NCBI GenBank assembly: GCA_051294905.1
Contig: CM119375.1
Coordinates: 26,102,001-26,166,000 of the forward strand
From: Botryllus schlosseri
Taxonomy: Eukaryota
DNA length: 64,000 nucleotides
Direction of reading: 5' to 3'
Shown here: piece after piece, positions 51,878 through 64,000 of the stretch
Layout: every line of letters starts with the position of its first letter
Position numbering within the stretch: position 1 is the stretch's first letter
Notes under the pieces: model-generated
The model's database searches: none
What the model was told of the DNA's origin: nothing
What the model saw: only the letters and a program-made list of their open reading frames with translations
Made by a program: the position numbers and the translations under genes

Positions 51878-53287
51878 GTATATCGCCTGTTTCGCTGTCT
51901 GCTCGTTCCGCCGTTCAGATTTGAGTCATTTTTTCAATAGATAACTGACCTATCGATATTATCTATATGTTGTATTGGTCCGCAGTTCCGCTCGGTCCGC
52001 TGTTTAGTATTACGATTTCCGCAGTCCGCCGTTTAGATTTGGGTAATTTTCTATCGGTCCGCCATCCCGCTTGGTCCGCCATTTAGTATTGCAAAGTCCG
52101 ACATCACAATAGTGCTACGAAACAACAGGTCACTCATGCTGAACCACAAATCGTGACAAAAGACAAGATGCATTCGGGTCGGATCAGTTCAGGGAATCCC
52201 GGCATCCCGCGGCGTTTTATGTCTGGAATGCGGAGTGCCCTGGCTCCACTACAGATGCCTTGATTACGTTGTCAGCTAAACTAGTATTAGGTATGATGGT
52301 ATCCGAACTGGCTATAATGGACACCTTAGGTTTCCAAGTATTGTACTTTTACTGACCAAACGTTCTGTATTGTATGGGATTTGCAGTGCCAGTGAGTGAC
52401 ATTTCGACCTGAGACAACGACAATCTGTAGACATCCTTAATTGAAGCTTGCTATATTCAAATGAGGGTGAGATGAATATGATGTGATCCCTATGGTATAG
52501 TAAAAGTACTACAGTATATCATTCACTGAAAAACCCGTAATTCTGCTTTGAAAACATGAAAATTATTATAATCTGGCAAGTGTGTTACTTGACCGCATGT
52601 CAGATGTCTGGTACACGCACCACATAGATAATTGTTACCGTAATCACCAATCGCATAATTTTGCAGTGCTTCCTATGGCTCTTGGAAGATGCGTATTGCT
52701 AATGACTGGGGTTAGGGAAGTTCATGTCATAAGATGCGAGTATTCTATCTTACAATTTAGTAGAGGGTTGATTTGATTCAGTTTTGTCTTTTGGGGCTTT
52801 CTTTGTGCACAATCATTACTTTTTTAAGGCATTATGTATTTATGTTATTGATTCCTGTGGTACTGTTCAAAAGGTATTGGAATAGCAGAGTATTATGTAC
52901 CGAGCTATTTCAAAAGCACACAACTGCACAATCATGTGTTTAAATTATTTATAAATGCGTTCATACTGTAGTATGATTCAATTTAAGATGGTTTTCACCT
53001 TATACTAAAAGCTCGTTTTGTCCTTGCAGTCGCTGAGGATGAAATAGACAGCGCTTCTTCGTAAAACACTCCTCAGTTCGTTATATTATTTTACCTACCT
53101 CTGCCCGTGCTCCCTGTGACTCTTTTACGGCATAACTTTCATTTCAATCCACAAAATAATTGAGCTACCGTACTTAACAAATCGTGGTACATTTTTAACC
53201 TAGCTTGCAGAGTGTAACTGGAAAGTATGAGCGTTTTAAATTCTTTTAGGTCAGCTGGTCAGGCGTAGATATACTAGGAAGTTCGTC

Positions 53288-54985
53288 ATGGATTCTGGTG
53301 ATATAATTTTCAAAATATCTAAGGAGCATGCCGGCAATCTACGTGCTTCGATACTGACGCTGAAAAGCTCTGAAAGATTTTGTGATGTCACAATCAAGTG
53401 TGGCCATTCACAATTCAAGGTACACAAAATGATATTGGCATCAGCTACAAAGTATTTCGAAGCAATGTTTTCCAATGACACGAAAGAATCCAAAACAGGA
53501 GTTGTTGAATTTCCTGCAATGGATCCACAAGTTATTAAGCAATGTATTGACTTTATCTACACTGGGAGGGTTGGGATCTCAATGACTATAGCACGCGGGC
53601 TTTTATATGCTTCAGAAATGATGCTAATGCCAGAGTTGTCAGAACTTTGCGTCGAATTTCTTGCGGAAAACGTAGATGTGCTCAGCTGTGCAGAAGTGTT
53701 GTCTTTAACCCGTGCTTATGAGAAGCACTCTGTGGAAATGCCAATCAGAAAGTTCCTCAACTCAGCAAGATTAACTGGATTTCGGAAGACTCAGGATTTT
53801 CTGTCGCTAGACTACGATATCCTGGTCTATTGCCTTGGATTATTCGATGAGGGCCAAAACCATCTAGAAAAGGAAAAATGGTTTGGAATATTGTCATGGA
53901 CAAAAGCAGACCTTGCAAGGCGTCGATACTTCGAACAGCTTTTCAGTATGCTTGATCTTCGTTGCCTTGCTCAGGAGTTTGTGAGTGAAAAAGTCTGCTG
54001 TGAAGAATTGGTCAGTAAATCAAAGAAATGTTTGCAGCTTATTAATGAAAATGTGTTCACCCGTCAATCGAATGCTGACAGAGAGACGGATTGGCAGTTT
54101 GAATCACCCCATATTGTCACTGTTAACGAGGAAACTCGTGTAGTTTATCGATATGACATCGACACTGAGGAGTGCATAAGATTGGGAAAACTTGGCAACG
54201 ATGATCTGGTCGATGCAGTTTGCTATAAGCAACTTTATTCGATCACAGAGCATGATGGATTCATTTATGTGGGTACTGGAAACAGATTGAGCAGCTTGCA
54301 TGATTCAAAGTGGACGTTGATCTATCATAATGAATGGCGTCCTGATGCACCCCGTTTCAATGCTGTAGTCGGTTGTGGAAGATGGGTGGTCATGGTTAGC
54401 ACGAATGGTACCGTAGTATTCAATACATCAAGAGACAACGTCATTGTCATCGATTCAGATTTTGACAGCGGATATTTTGTTGGCGTGGGCAATTCATTGC
54501 CACATGATCACCGTAGTTACCTCTACGATGCTACAGTGTATGTTATGGGTGGAGACACTGTAGATAGCAACAGAGATGTAAGGAAATTGGACTTATTTGA
54601 TGATATAAATGACCATGCAACGTACCATTCTTTTCCGTCATTGAACATGGGAAGGCATTTGGGGGCCGGCCTTTGGTACCGGGATACCTTATATGCTGTA
54701 GGTGGAGGACCACAAAATGTGGAATACTTCAGCCAAGTCACTGAGCAGTGGCAGGTCATTAGGGATCTTGAAATAAACTGCTTCGACGGCACGGTGTGTC
54801 TAGGAGACAACACACTGTATATTTTGGGGAGCAAGTCGCACGACGTCAACGCCACAATCAGGAAATTGAATCTCAATTTGCTGAATGTCCCTGAGGAAGA
54901 GGAACAACCGACGTGGCGACATCTTGGTGAATCCAAGTTGTTTTGTATGTCGTCTCGAAAGAGACGCAGAATCACGGAGCAGTGA
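53288..54985 (+). CDS. BTB-BACK-Kelch (KLHL-like) protein, 565 aa, intronless CDS
   Basis: BTB motif FCDVTIKCGHSQFKVHKMILASATKYFEAMFS, a BACK-like helical region, and GG-containing Kelch-like repeats (VYVMGG, LYAVGG). A splice acceptor (ttcttttag, 53241-53249) lies 38 nt upstream of the ATG. Confidence 0.9.
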   Translation: MDSGDIIFKISKEHAGNLRASILTLKSSERFCDVTIKCGHSQFKVHKMILASATKYFEAMFSNDTKESKTGVVEFPAMDPQVIKQCIDFIYTGRVGISMTIARGLLYASEMMLMPELSELCVEFLAENVDVLSCAEVLSLTRAYEKHSVEMPIRKFLNSARLTGFRKTQDFLSLDYDILVYCLGLFDEGQNHLEKEKWFGILSWTKADLARRRYFEQLFSMLDLRCLAQEFVSEKVCCEELVSKSKKCLQLINENVFTRQSNADRETDWQFESPHIVTVNEETRVVYRYDIDTEECIRLGKLGNDDLVDAVCYKQLYSITEHDGFIYVGTGNRLSSLHDSKWTLIYHNEWRPDAPRFNAVVGCGRWVVMVSTNGTVVFNTSRDNVIVIDSDFDSGYFVGVGNSLPHDHRSYLYDATVYVMGGDTVDSNRDVRKLDLFDDINDHATYHSFPSLNMGRHLGAGLWYRDTLYAVGGGPQNVEYFSQVTEQWQVIRDLEINCFDGTVCLGDNTLYILGSKSHDVNATIRKLNLNLLNVPEEEEQPTWRHLGESKLFCMSSRKRRRITEQ

Positions 54986-57079
54986 GACATGTTTCCATTA
55001 TGTAGGCCTCAGCCTTGGATATTTCTTTCTGGAATTCCTTTGCATATCAATTCTGGAACTATGCCATTGAATTGAAAGTATCTCTTGCATGCATTATGCG
55101 ATTTTGTCTAGCCTGTGCTGACATTGTACTCTGATTTTCATGTTGGCTTTGGTAATGTGTTATTTGTTGTCAATTAGTTGTAGGTGTAGGATTGATATCC
55201 ATTGATGCTCACCGCCAGTCTCTAATGGCAACAGTTGTTAACCGTGCTGATTACCATTTCCACTTGTGCAATCGTTTCTTTTTCAATCACTGTTGCCACT
55301 GTTAGACGGTGCCGCTTGCTGCTTTTTCACTACACTTTTTTCGTTTGTGCACCAAGTTCCGCTGTGATTTCTTTATTTTTCCACTAAATCACTTCTACAC
55401 TGTTCTTTGCATTTTCAGCATAGGTTAGCATATTTCTTGTATGTTGGTAATCACCTCTGCCCTCTGGGATACGGAGGATTCCGATGGTCCCAGTGTCTCC
55501 CGATGAAGCATATGGAGCTTGATTTGAGTCATTTCCTAGCCTGTTGTTCCGCTGTTTTGTACTACAAGTTTCGCGCTTCGCCGTTTACATTTTGGCTGTT
55601 TTGTATAGGTCCGCATTTCTGCCTGTCGCAAATTCTGCGTTCCTCTCTCTAGAGTTGCTCTCTCTCACTCAGTTACAAAAGTGTAAAGTTTTCCTACGTC
55701 CGTTAAAACGCTCACGGAATAATTTGAAGTCATACGAATATAACACGGTATGGCGTCAATAAACGCTTTTCAAAGATGTATTGAAAATACTCCGTTTTAG
55801 CTAATCTACGATAATGAATTTGGTTTTGTTAAAAGCCAAGTATAGAGCCTACTCGGACAGATAATTGTACACCGGTAAGCTGTAATATTAAATTGTATAC
55901 TGAAGTGCTGTACCTCAGTGAGGCCCTTTTGAGACAGATCCGGTCCGGATTAAACACGGAAAGGCCTGAATTCGAGCCACGGTGTAGTTGCCCTGTGTTA
56001 GTGGATGCTCGTTTCTCAGTCCATTTTACTCCTACGCTTATCTCTGAACTCTGAATGTGATACATATTTGCAGTTAGACTAGCGTGTCTGGCCTGCAATT
56101 GTACTGTAGCATTGTAATGTGCAATTGTTGTGCATAGGTTTAATGATTTAAAGAAGAACGGAAGTTTGTTGCCATTCAGATCAGGCTAATGTCTTCTCAC
56201 AGCCGTCACAGGTAGTGCTCAACAGAATATATTGTTTATCTAGCACTATAATTACATATTTTACTTCAATAGGGATGTTTATGATTACTGCTGTGATGCA
56301 ATTAGCATATCATTAGAATTTAGATGATTGGGTGAATCATTGTGAATGTGCATGTAAAATTTGTAATTAATCTAAAAATTGGTCGCCAGTTTGCGAAAAA
56401 GGCAAAAAAAATAATTACCTGTTGATGATATTGAGAGGTCATCGACAGCAAAGTTTCCTTTTCGGTAAACGGACATACCGTGTTGAAATTTGTACGAAAA
56501 TTGCAACATCGATTTTCACCCCTTGTGGTCCACAAAGGGAGAACTAGAAGTGGAGATGACTATCTCAATATCACACCAAAATTATTCAACCATTGGTGCA
56601 CAAAGCACATCAAAGCATCATTTGAAGAATATCATTTATTGGTAAATAGACATGCACTGTAGCTAACTAGCTACAAAGGAAAATTGGTGTAATCTTGTAC
56701 TACAGTGTCTTGGAGTTGATCTGGATGACGTGCTAAAGTTCCATAATAGAGAACAGAAACAGGGTCTTTCATTTGGCCAAGCAAAAGCAGATTTATGCTG
56801 CAGCATCTTGCGACATATGCTTTTTCTTTCTAGTCTTTGCCGTTTGCTGTGTACTCTGATATTCCTAGCTGGTAGAGCTGAAGGATTTGTTGCATAATAA
56901 TATTGTGTACACCTTTATATGTAATTTGAGACCACATCATGTTTAAGACATAGTGCCCCTAAGCTTGACAAAATCCACCAACTATTTGCATATTTGCGAG
57001 AAGACTCGGGTTAACGCATCCTAATTAGTATGAAGATGTCCTGATATATTGTTTCTAATCTTTCAGGCGCACGCCCAGC

Positions 57080-58552
57080 ATGGTGGAATTCCAACAAATG
57101 ATGAAGAGCGAGGCTCAAGCGGCCCTACACTCCGAACTGGACAAGCTCGTCAAAACCGGCGCGCCAGCTCATCGGGACGAGATACAAAAAGACTTCGATG
57201 GATTCGAGCATCTGTTTCGCACCTTCCTCGAAAAGACAGGGCCCTCTATCGTGTGGGACAAAATCAAGCCGCCCCCGGAAGGCGCCATTCAAGCTTACAG
57301 CAAGTTGTCTTCTATGCCGCTCAAATCGCCAGAGACGGATTTACTTAACAAATTAGTCGTTGTTAAACTCAACGGAGGTCTCGGCACGAGTATGGGATGC
57401 ACCGGACCCAAAAGTTTGATATCTGTACGCAGCGGATTGACCTTCCTAGACCTCACTGTTCAACAGATAGAATCTTTGAACAAACGTTTTGACGTCGACG
57501 TGCCTTTGGTGTTAATGAATTCGTTCAACACGGACGAAGACACCGAGATGATACTCAGAAAATATGCATCCTGTAAAGTCAGCATTCACACTTTCAATCA
57601 AAACCGTTACCCTCGAATCAACAAGGAAACTCTACTTCCGGTGCCACAACGCCTCAACGGCGAACATGAAGGCTGGTATCCGCCCGGTCACGGAGATATC
57701 TACGAGTGCATCGTAAAGTCTGGCCTTCTGCAGAAATTCGTCGACCAAGGTCGGGATTATATGTTCGTGTCCAATATTGACAACCTCGGCGCTACCGTTG
57801 ACATGAATATTCTTAACATGCTGGTGCATCCGTCTAACGGTAAGAAATGCGATTTTGTGATGGAAGTCACCGATAAAACGCGAGCGGACGTAAAGGGAGG
57901 TACTTTAATCGAGTATGAGAATAAGCTGCGTCTTTTGGAAATCGCTCAAGTCCCCAAGGAACATGTAGATGAGTTTAAAAGCGTGTCAAAATTCAAGATT
58001 TTTAACACTAACAATCTGTGGATGAAGCTATCTGCGGTGAAGAGATTAATTGATGGAAGGATGATGGATATCGAAGTGATCATAAATAACAAACGTCTCG
58101 CCAGTGGAACTAACGTGATACAACTGGAAACTGCTTGCGGTGCTGGGATTAAAAATTTCAACAACGCCATCGGCATTAATGTGCCTCGAAGCCGGTTTTT
58201 ACCAGTGAAAAAGACGTCCGATCTTCTGTTGGTGATGAGCAATCTGTACGATCTCAAGCACGGCTCCATGTTTATGAGTCCCAGAAGAATGTTCCCCACG
58301 ACGCCGTTGGTCAAACTTGGCGACGAACATTTCTCGAAAGTGCACAAGTTTCTGAGCAGGTTCGAAGCTATTCCCGATATGTTGGAATTGGATCACCTCA
58401 CTGTCAGCGGAGATGTCACTTTCGGCAAAGATGTGACTCTGAAAGGCACGGTCATCATCATAGCCAATCACGGAGAGAGAATTGATATTCCCTCTGGAGC
58501 CATTCTGGAGAATAAAATCGTCTCCGGAAACCTCAGAATTTTGGATCACTAA
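57080..58552 (+). CDS. UGP2: UTP--glucose-1-phosphate uridylyltransferase (UDP-glucose pyrophosphorylase), 490 aa, intronless CDS
   Basis: KLNGGLGTSMGCTGPKS, WYPPGHGD, VSNIDNLGA, RFLPVKKTSDLLLVMSNLY and C-terminal KIVSGNLRILDH match eukaryotic UGP. A splice acceptor (tttcag, 57061-57066) lies 13 nt upstream of the ATG. Confidence 0.97.
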   Translation: MVEFQQMMKSEAQAALHSELDKLVKTGAPAHRDEIQKDFDGFEHLFRTFLEKTGPSIVWDKIKPPPEGAIQAYSKLSSMPLKSPETDLLNKLVVVKLNGGLGTSMGCTGPKSLISVRSGLTFLDLTVQQIESLNKRFDVDVPLVLMNSFNTDEDTEMILRKYASCKVSIHTFNQNRYPRINKETLLPVPQRLNGEHEGWYPPGHGDIYECIVKSGLLQKFVDQGRDYMFVSNIDNLGATVDMNILNMLVHPSNGKKCDFVMEVTDKTRADVKGGTLIEYENKLRLLEIAQVPKEHVDEFKSVSKFKIFNTNNLWMKLSAVKRLIDGRMMDIEVIINNKRLASGTNVIQLETACGAGIKNFNNAIGINVPRSRFLPVKKTSDLLLVMSNLYDLKHGSMFMSPRRMFPTTPLVKLGDEHFSKVHKFLSRFEAIPDMLELDHLTVSGDVTFGKDVTLKGTVIIIANHGERIDIPSGAILENKIVSGNLRILDH

Positions 58553-61010
58553 ACGCGGACGCGAATTCTCGTCGCGTGTAAGCTGTTGGCGCTACATATT
58601 TGACTCGTGTTTCTTAAAGAGATTTATCAAGACGTACACTCATCATGCAATTGTCGAGAGCAGAACTATCGCCGTACTACTACATCAATCCATTCTGTCT
58701 GTAGCATATTCACATTGTTTTAAGGGAGCCGGCAGTTCACCACTAATGCTGGGCACAATGTCTCGAGTAAGAGATGGATTTTTTGACTAATGAAATGATA
58801 CGCTCATGCCACAAAAATTTGAGTTACCAGCGAAGATTATAGGTTCGTTACAATTTTCCACTGGTCGTATCGCAGAATACGAAACATGTTAAACAAGCTA
58901 GTTAGTGGAAATGACATATCTGTTGAGTTGGGATCAAGCCACAACATTTTCACAATGCGCAGCGAAATTGGTACTGTCGAAAAATACAACATAATCTTTA
59001 TTGTGTGAGGTAGAAATTCTTTGTGGTCGCATAAAAGTTGCTTATTTAGACTTTTCACATAATTCATACTGCTACAACCTCATGATGAGTGAAACTGGAA
59101 TACTCGAGTCGGAATCGAGTCACACAGCTGTACTCAATTATACTCAGCCCTGTTCGCAACTCTTAGCTTCTGTATGTCTGATGCAATCTGCGTATATCCA
59201 AGTACTATGATGTGGCTTGCTGTGGATTGTAGTTTTTTTCGCTAATTGAAATATTACGTGCACTTTTGATATACATATATGATACAGTTGTTGAGGAGAC
59301 GTTCTTGCAGTAGTGTCTTGCGTATGGCAATTTTTTCTCTCGCAAAATGTTTCGTTTCTCGGTGCTACCAAATTTATGAAGTGGTGTTTACTGTTTATGT
59401 ATGACCAGCGCCATTGTCGTGTGTTGTATGGACTTGATGGAATGTCCATGACACCGGTCCAATTATTTAACCTATTGATATATATTTTAGCAATTCTTTA
59501 TCGAATTCAATTCTGTATACTGTACTGTTTTGTACGTATGACTGTCATACTATGACGATGTATAGTAATTCAGTAAAACGACTCCTGGTGCATTGTCAAG
59601 TTATTAGAGTCAGTGGAAGAGTAAGGACATGTAGTTTGTGATATGAGCTGTAGGCTTTAGTATAGAAGCAAAGTTCGTGAAAGTAAAGCTCATTTATCCT
59701 AAGGTTACCATATGGATTTGTCCTCCATTTTTGAGGAAATCGAACACGTCCTAGTAGGCCTACGCCTCAATGTACTCCTTTTTGGGAATCCGTCCTCCTT
59801 TATCGCTTTGATAGCCGGGGTAATGGACAAACACAACTATAAGACGTCAAATCTGCGATGCGGATGTTCGAGTGCGTATTTCGGTGGTAGGACAGGAGCA
59901 ATGACCTTTTTTTAGTCAACACCACGACAGCAATGTTATAAGGTGGGTCATTCCGGAGTCGAGTTGGAAAAATGACTTTTTTTAAACAAAGTTCTAGTCC
60001 GGTAATCTTACTTTTGTAATTTGTAAAAAGTGTCCTCCTTGCCGTGTCCCAAACCCTAATTTATCCGTCCATTCGAGTAGCGTAACGACAGTGATGGCCA
60101 ACGCGTCATTTGTTACTGCAATATCGTTTCTTAGGTGTCAACGTAATAATCTCTAGTCAATTTGCGTGTCCGAAAACGTTAGCAACAACGTTAAGGACTG
60201 ATATTTCCCATGTCACTTTGTGACTGGTATTTAGGGTTCTGGTTTAAGTTTTTTTTCGGTGATCTTTGATTTTAATTTTAATATTTTTATTTTATTGATT
60301 ATTTTGGTTTTATCAAATTTTCGGACGAGATGCGTGAATGTGGTTTATTATCGGACAATCATGTGCATTTTATATAAACCGGAGATAGCATCTCGTCACC
60401 GGCACCCGGTATAGTTCAGCCATTTGACAGACAGACGGTAAAAGATGAGCAAATAGCGATAGTCAATCAATATGTTAGCGTTTTGCTGTTGATGCTAGTT
60501 AAGTTGTCTGCGACATGCTGCAGCATTTCCGAGGCACTGATGGGATACCGCAAACGAATCGCAATCCGGAGTCTCTATCGAATTCGAAAGATTCCCCCAT
60601 CTCTTACCCAGTTTGCTGGCAGAGACCACTCCATCGATCAAGATGAAGATGCAACTATTATGGATGGTCCCGATTTGACTCCACATGTTTCCTCGCTACA
60701 AGACCATATCAGTAATGATTTTGGCGACCCATCACTATCACATAGGTTAAACGTTTTCAGCTATCATTACAACGTAGGATGAACGTTTTCAGCTATCTGG
60801 CTGGATGATGACCCACAGCCTCACATTATTAAAGTATAAGCGTTATCCTTCATCATCTTGATTGACATGGTCGTCATTCATCCCATTCTCTTTTGTTCGC
60901 GTTGTTACTATTATCAGTAAAAAAAAACATGAAAATCAAAAAAATCATGATTTGAATCAAGGCCAAAATGATTTTAACCCGAACCCTACTTGTAGGCCTA
61001 CTAGGCGAGG

Positions 61011-62818
61011 CAGACACGGGGTGATTACTTCATGAATGTAATCGATTTCGATTACGATTGCCGTCTGAGACATCCTGCCTGCTCGTGAAGACAAGTTAGC
61101 TGCAGACTGTGTAATGCTACTGAAGGAGCGCCATGTTAAGCACTTGTTCCTAGTAGTTGACGTCAGGTAAGGACTGACACTTTCTACCCGAGAATGTAGG
61201 AAAGTGTCTTTCGTTGTAGCCTACTGCAACAATTTTTAATTATTTGCACCATATTGCGTAATGTAACTATTGGAATTCTTAATAGGTCCAGTTTACGTTA
61301 AAAATAAAGTTTTTTCGTGTAAAAATTAGTCAATTTTCATGTCAGAAAGTTTTTTCAGGCCAAGCTACTTCGTAAGGACAGACACTAAGACAGTTCCAAC
61401 CAGAAATGAAGAAAAGTGGTGCAATTCCAACAATATGTGCGAAGACGCCTAATTCACATAGGCCCTCAGGAGTGCTAAATTTGGTCAAAATTAAGCTTTT
61501 TTAACGTCAAAACATGTTAGAAATTTTAGTTTTTAGTTCAAAATCTTCCGTTTTTCGGGTAAAAAAACATCGCCCTTTTAAATCACATAAATATGACACT
61601 GTTGAGCTAGGAATGAATCAACTACAATGAAATAGCGTCATGATAACGTTGGTGATATAAGATTTGGCGCATTCTTATTGCGGATGCCCTATCGACAAGG
61701 CTGATTTTTTTATGAACAAGGAGTGTTTCGTTGCTATCAAGGCATTGCGCTCCAACCCTGAAATTCATATCACCAGTTATATTGGTATGCAGCCTTGTCT
61801 TGTTAATGTTCAATTGTTCATGGTCGAAAATGTTTGCTCGTAAATATATTTGAAAACCCGAACAGAACAAGTCGTTTCATGACAGTCTTTCTCTGGTTGG
61901 AAAACTTGGATCCATTCTTTGGAGCATAAAATTGTCTATACTTTTAGATTAAGATTTCACTTTGACGGTAGAAACTCTTTGCGGGCCGATCAAAATGCCG
62001 TCGCGGGCCGAATCCGGCCTGCGGTCCGTATGTTGCCCGTCACTGCGGTAGATCCTGGACGTGATATGTTCATAAAATATGTGTTTCTTCATTTTGGTGC
62101 CATAAATGTTGCGATCATACACCAACAGTATCGTCGGAAGCGTTATGCGTTAATATTGGATTAGCCTCCATCTATCTTTGCGGAAATGGTTTTCGGCACT
62201 CCTCATTCATATCAAAACGAAGACGCGGGTTTTAAAGACACGACCACGTACTTCAAGAAATACAGGGACAAAATTAGCTTTGAAATAATAAAAGTCCACC
62301 AATTTCTACATAAATAGTATGATGTTATCTTCAAGAAAAATCAATATTTTGCTGTTAATCACAAGCCCAAAGTTCATATTTGCACAAGACAGATTAAGGT
62401 TGCACCATAATAGAGCTAAAATTGAGCTAAAACTTGAGGGGGTCCGAGAGGGTCCGTGACGGTCAAAAGGGGTCCGCGAAGCCAAAAAGGTTGAGAACCA
62501 CTGTCTTACGCAATGACGAGCGGAGCTAATACTTCTGACGTAATAATGAGTCAGTGGCGTTTGAAAACAGACGTTTATGCTACCGCTAACCTGGTATATT
62601 ATCTCATTCTTGTTCACAAATATTCAGTTTATGTCATAGTCCTTGTACAAACAAAAAGTAATCGTTCTTTCACAAAAAAAATCGATTAAATATGGGAAGT
62701 AGTCGATTACGATTACTTCGGATTTTTTCGAATGTAATCGATTGCGATTACGATTACTTCAAAATGCTGTAATCGTCGTAATCGATTACGATTACTAATC
62801 GCGATTACCCCATGTCTG
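61011..62818. mobile_element. Probable composite TIR element with gattac-rich subterminal repeats
   Basis: CAGACACGGGGTGATTAC / GATTACCCCATGTCTG termini. No TSD was found, and other hAT ends lie inside (~62045, ~62505). Confidence 0.45.
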
Positions 62819-62911
62819 CTCTCGACTAATTAACGCAATAATAATAATTGTTTGTGCTATATTCGGGACCAAATCAAGGTTGTTATGACAACCATCGAGT
62901 ATGGTCTCAGG

Positions 62912-63767
62912 CAGGGGCGGGCAACATACGGGCCGCGGGCCGGATCCGGCCCGCGGACAGTTTTCCGTCTTATATGATAATGTAGCCCGCGACCCGTCTT
63001 CCGAGATTCCCCAAATTTTAGTGACTGTAAGATATTATACACATATAAGCGCAGCGAGCGAGTGTGGTGCTTACGCGTGAGTAGTCGAAGCGAGAAGACT
63101 TGCATTATCGGCATTTACGATGTTGCCTACTCAACCCTAATGTCATGTGTGGTAATCAAGGTGTTTGTCGACTACAATGGTCATTCACACTATAGGCCGA
63201 TATTTCTTATTTTTGACTCCGTAACCGTCGACTTGTAGCACGGCACACTTCTAGGCTTTTGTAAGACACCGCTTATGCCAGGGGTCGCCGACTCGAAACG
63301 GGTCGGCGGCCACTTTCAAATTTCGTAGAGACCGCGGGCCGTATGAATTCAATATGGAGATAAAATAGGCCACACAGTTGAACAACCACGCCATATCTCT
63401 TCACCTACTAAACCCTAGTGAATTGATATCTTCGTAAATTTGGGATACCGCGGGCTTATCGAACGCCTTGAAATCTTAATTAGGGATTGCACCGTGTGTT
63501 GATTGATCAGAGAGAGAGAAGCAGACATGGTGGATTGGTGGTGCTTGTATGACAATGCTGTTCTCAAATCCACATTGTCTTCGTCATTATTGGCGAAAAA
63601 TGGCTTGGAAGTTACATTGCTGTCGTTAAAATACAATCATTAAATACGATTTATTCCTCGTATATGTGGATAAATGGGCGAATAAGGCATCGATTCAGCA
63701 ATCCGGCCCGCCAAGTATTTAATGTTCCTATATCCGACCCGCTGGCTGGAGAAGTTGCCCGCCCCTG
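62912..63767. mobile_element. hAT (Charlie/SPIN-like) non-autonomous element
   Basis: TIR CAGGGGCGGGCAAC / GTTGCCCGCCCCTG, a perfect 8-bp TSD GTCTCAGG (62904-62911 and 63768-63775), and subterminal ggcccgcg motifs. Confidence 0.9.
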
Positions 63768-64000
63768 GTCTCAGGCCATCTGGTTCGAGCCAGGTATACA
63801 GTATACACATCGCGATTTCACATTTGCGACTGGTAATAAGGGGACTTTAATTGTATTAGATATTGTGTTATATCATTCTGTGACTTTTAAATCAACTGAG
63901 ATAGTGATACAGGTATTTGCTCACATTGAATTTATTGCTGCATCTAGTAATTATGCCATTAACATGAATGCATTCCAAACAAAGCTCGCCATATTATATA

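Noticed and set aside
57080-58552. Possible horizontal transfer of the intronless UGP
   Set aside because: The sequence is the eukaryotic/metazoan UGP type (KLNGGLGTSMG, C-terminal LRILDH), not bacterial GalU, and it has a spliceosomal acceptor upstream.
1-64000. Non-canonical introns, SL RNA, snRNA, tRNA or rRNA genes
   Set aside because: All 29 Trio introns resolved as GT-AG, and no recognisable tRNA, snRNA, 5S or spliced-leader sequence was seen by eye. A covariance-model scan could still find weak ones.

Overview
AT-rich animal genomic DNA with canonical GT-AG introns. The gene content, short introns and repeat landscape fit an invertebrate chordate such as an ascidian, but that is inference. 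The window holds three protein-coding genes, all on the + strand. (1) The 3' part of a Trio/Kalirin-family gene: 30 in-frame coding exons from 14175 to 33219 encoding linker, DH2, PH2, SH3, Ig, FN3 and a Ser/Thr kinase. (2) A BTB-BACK-Kelch gene with an intronless CDS (53288-54985). (3) UDP-glucose pyrophosphorylase, UGP2, also with an intronless CDS (57080-58552). The rest is dense in non-autonomous mobile elements: hAT-type MITEs with 7-8 bp TSDs, a Tc1-type MITE, a 5'-truncated L2/CR1-group LINE with extra 3' ends, and two foldback elements (one with a perfect 9-bp TSD, one with telomere-like G-rich/C-rich arms inside a Trio intron). The most notable unannotated signal is a dispersed ~100-bp repeat with at least 7 copies that carries a minimal type-I hammerhead ribozyme of the Penelope-associated kind. 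One intergenic copy (50538-50571) has an intact core. Most other copies are damaged at the CpG dinucleotides of the catalytic core, and two are truncated.
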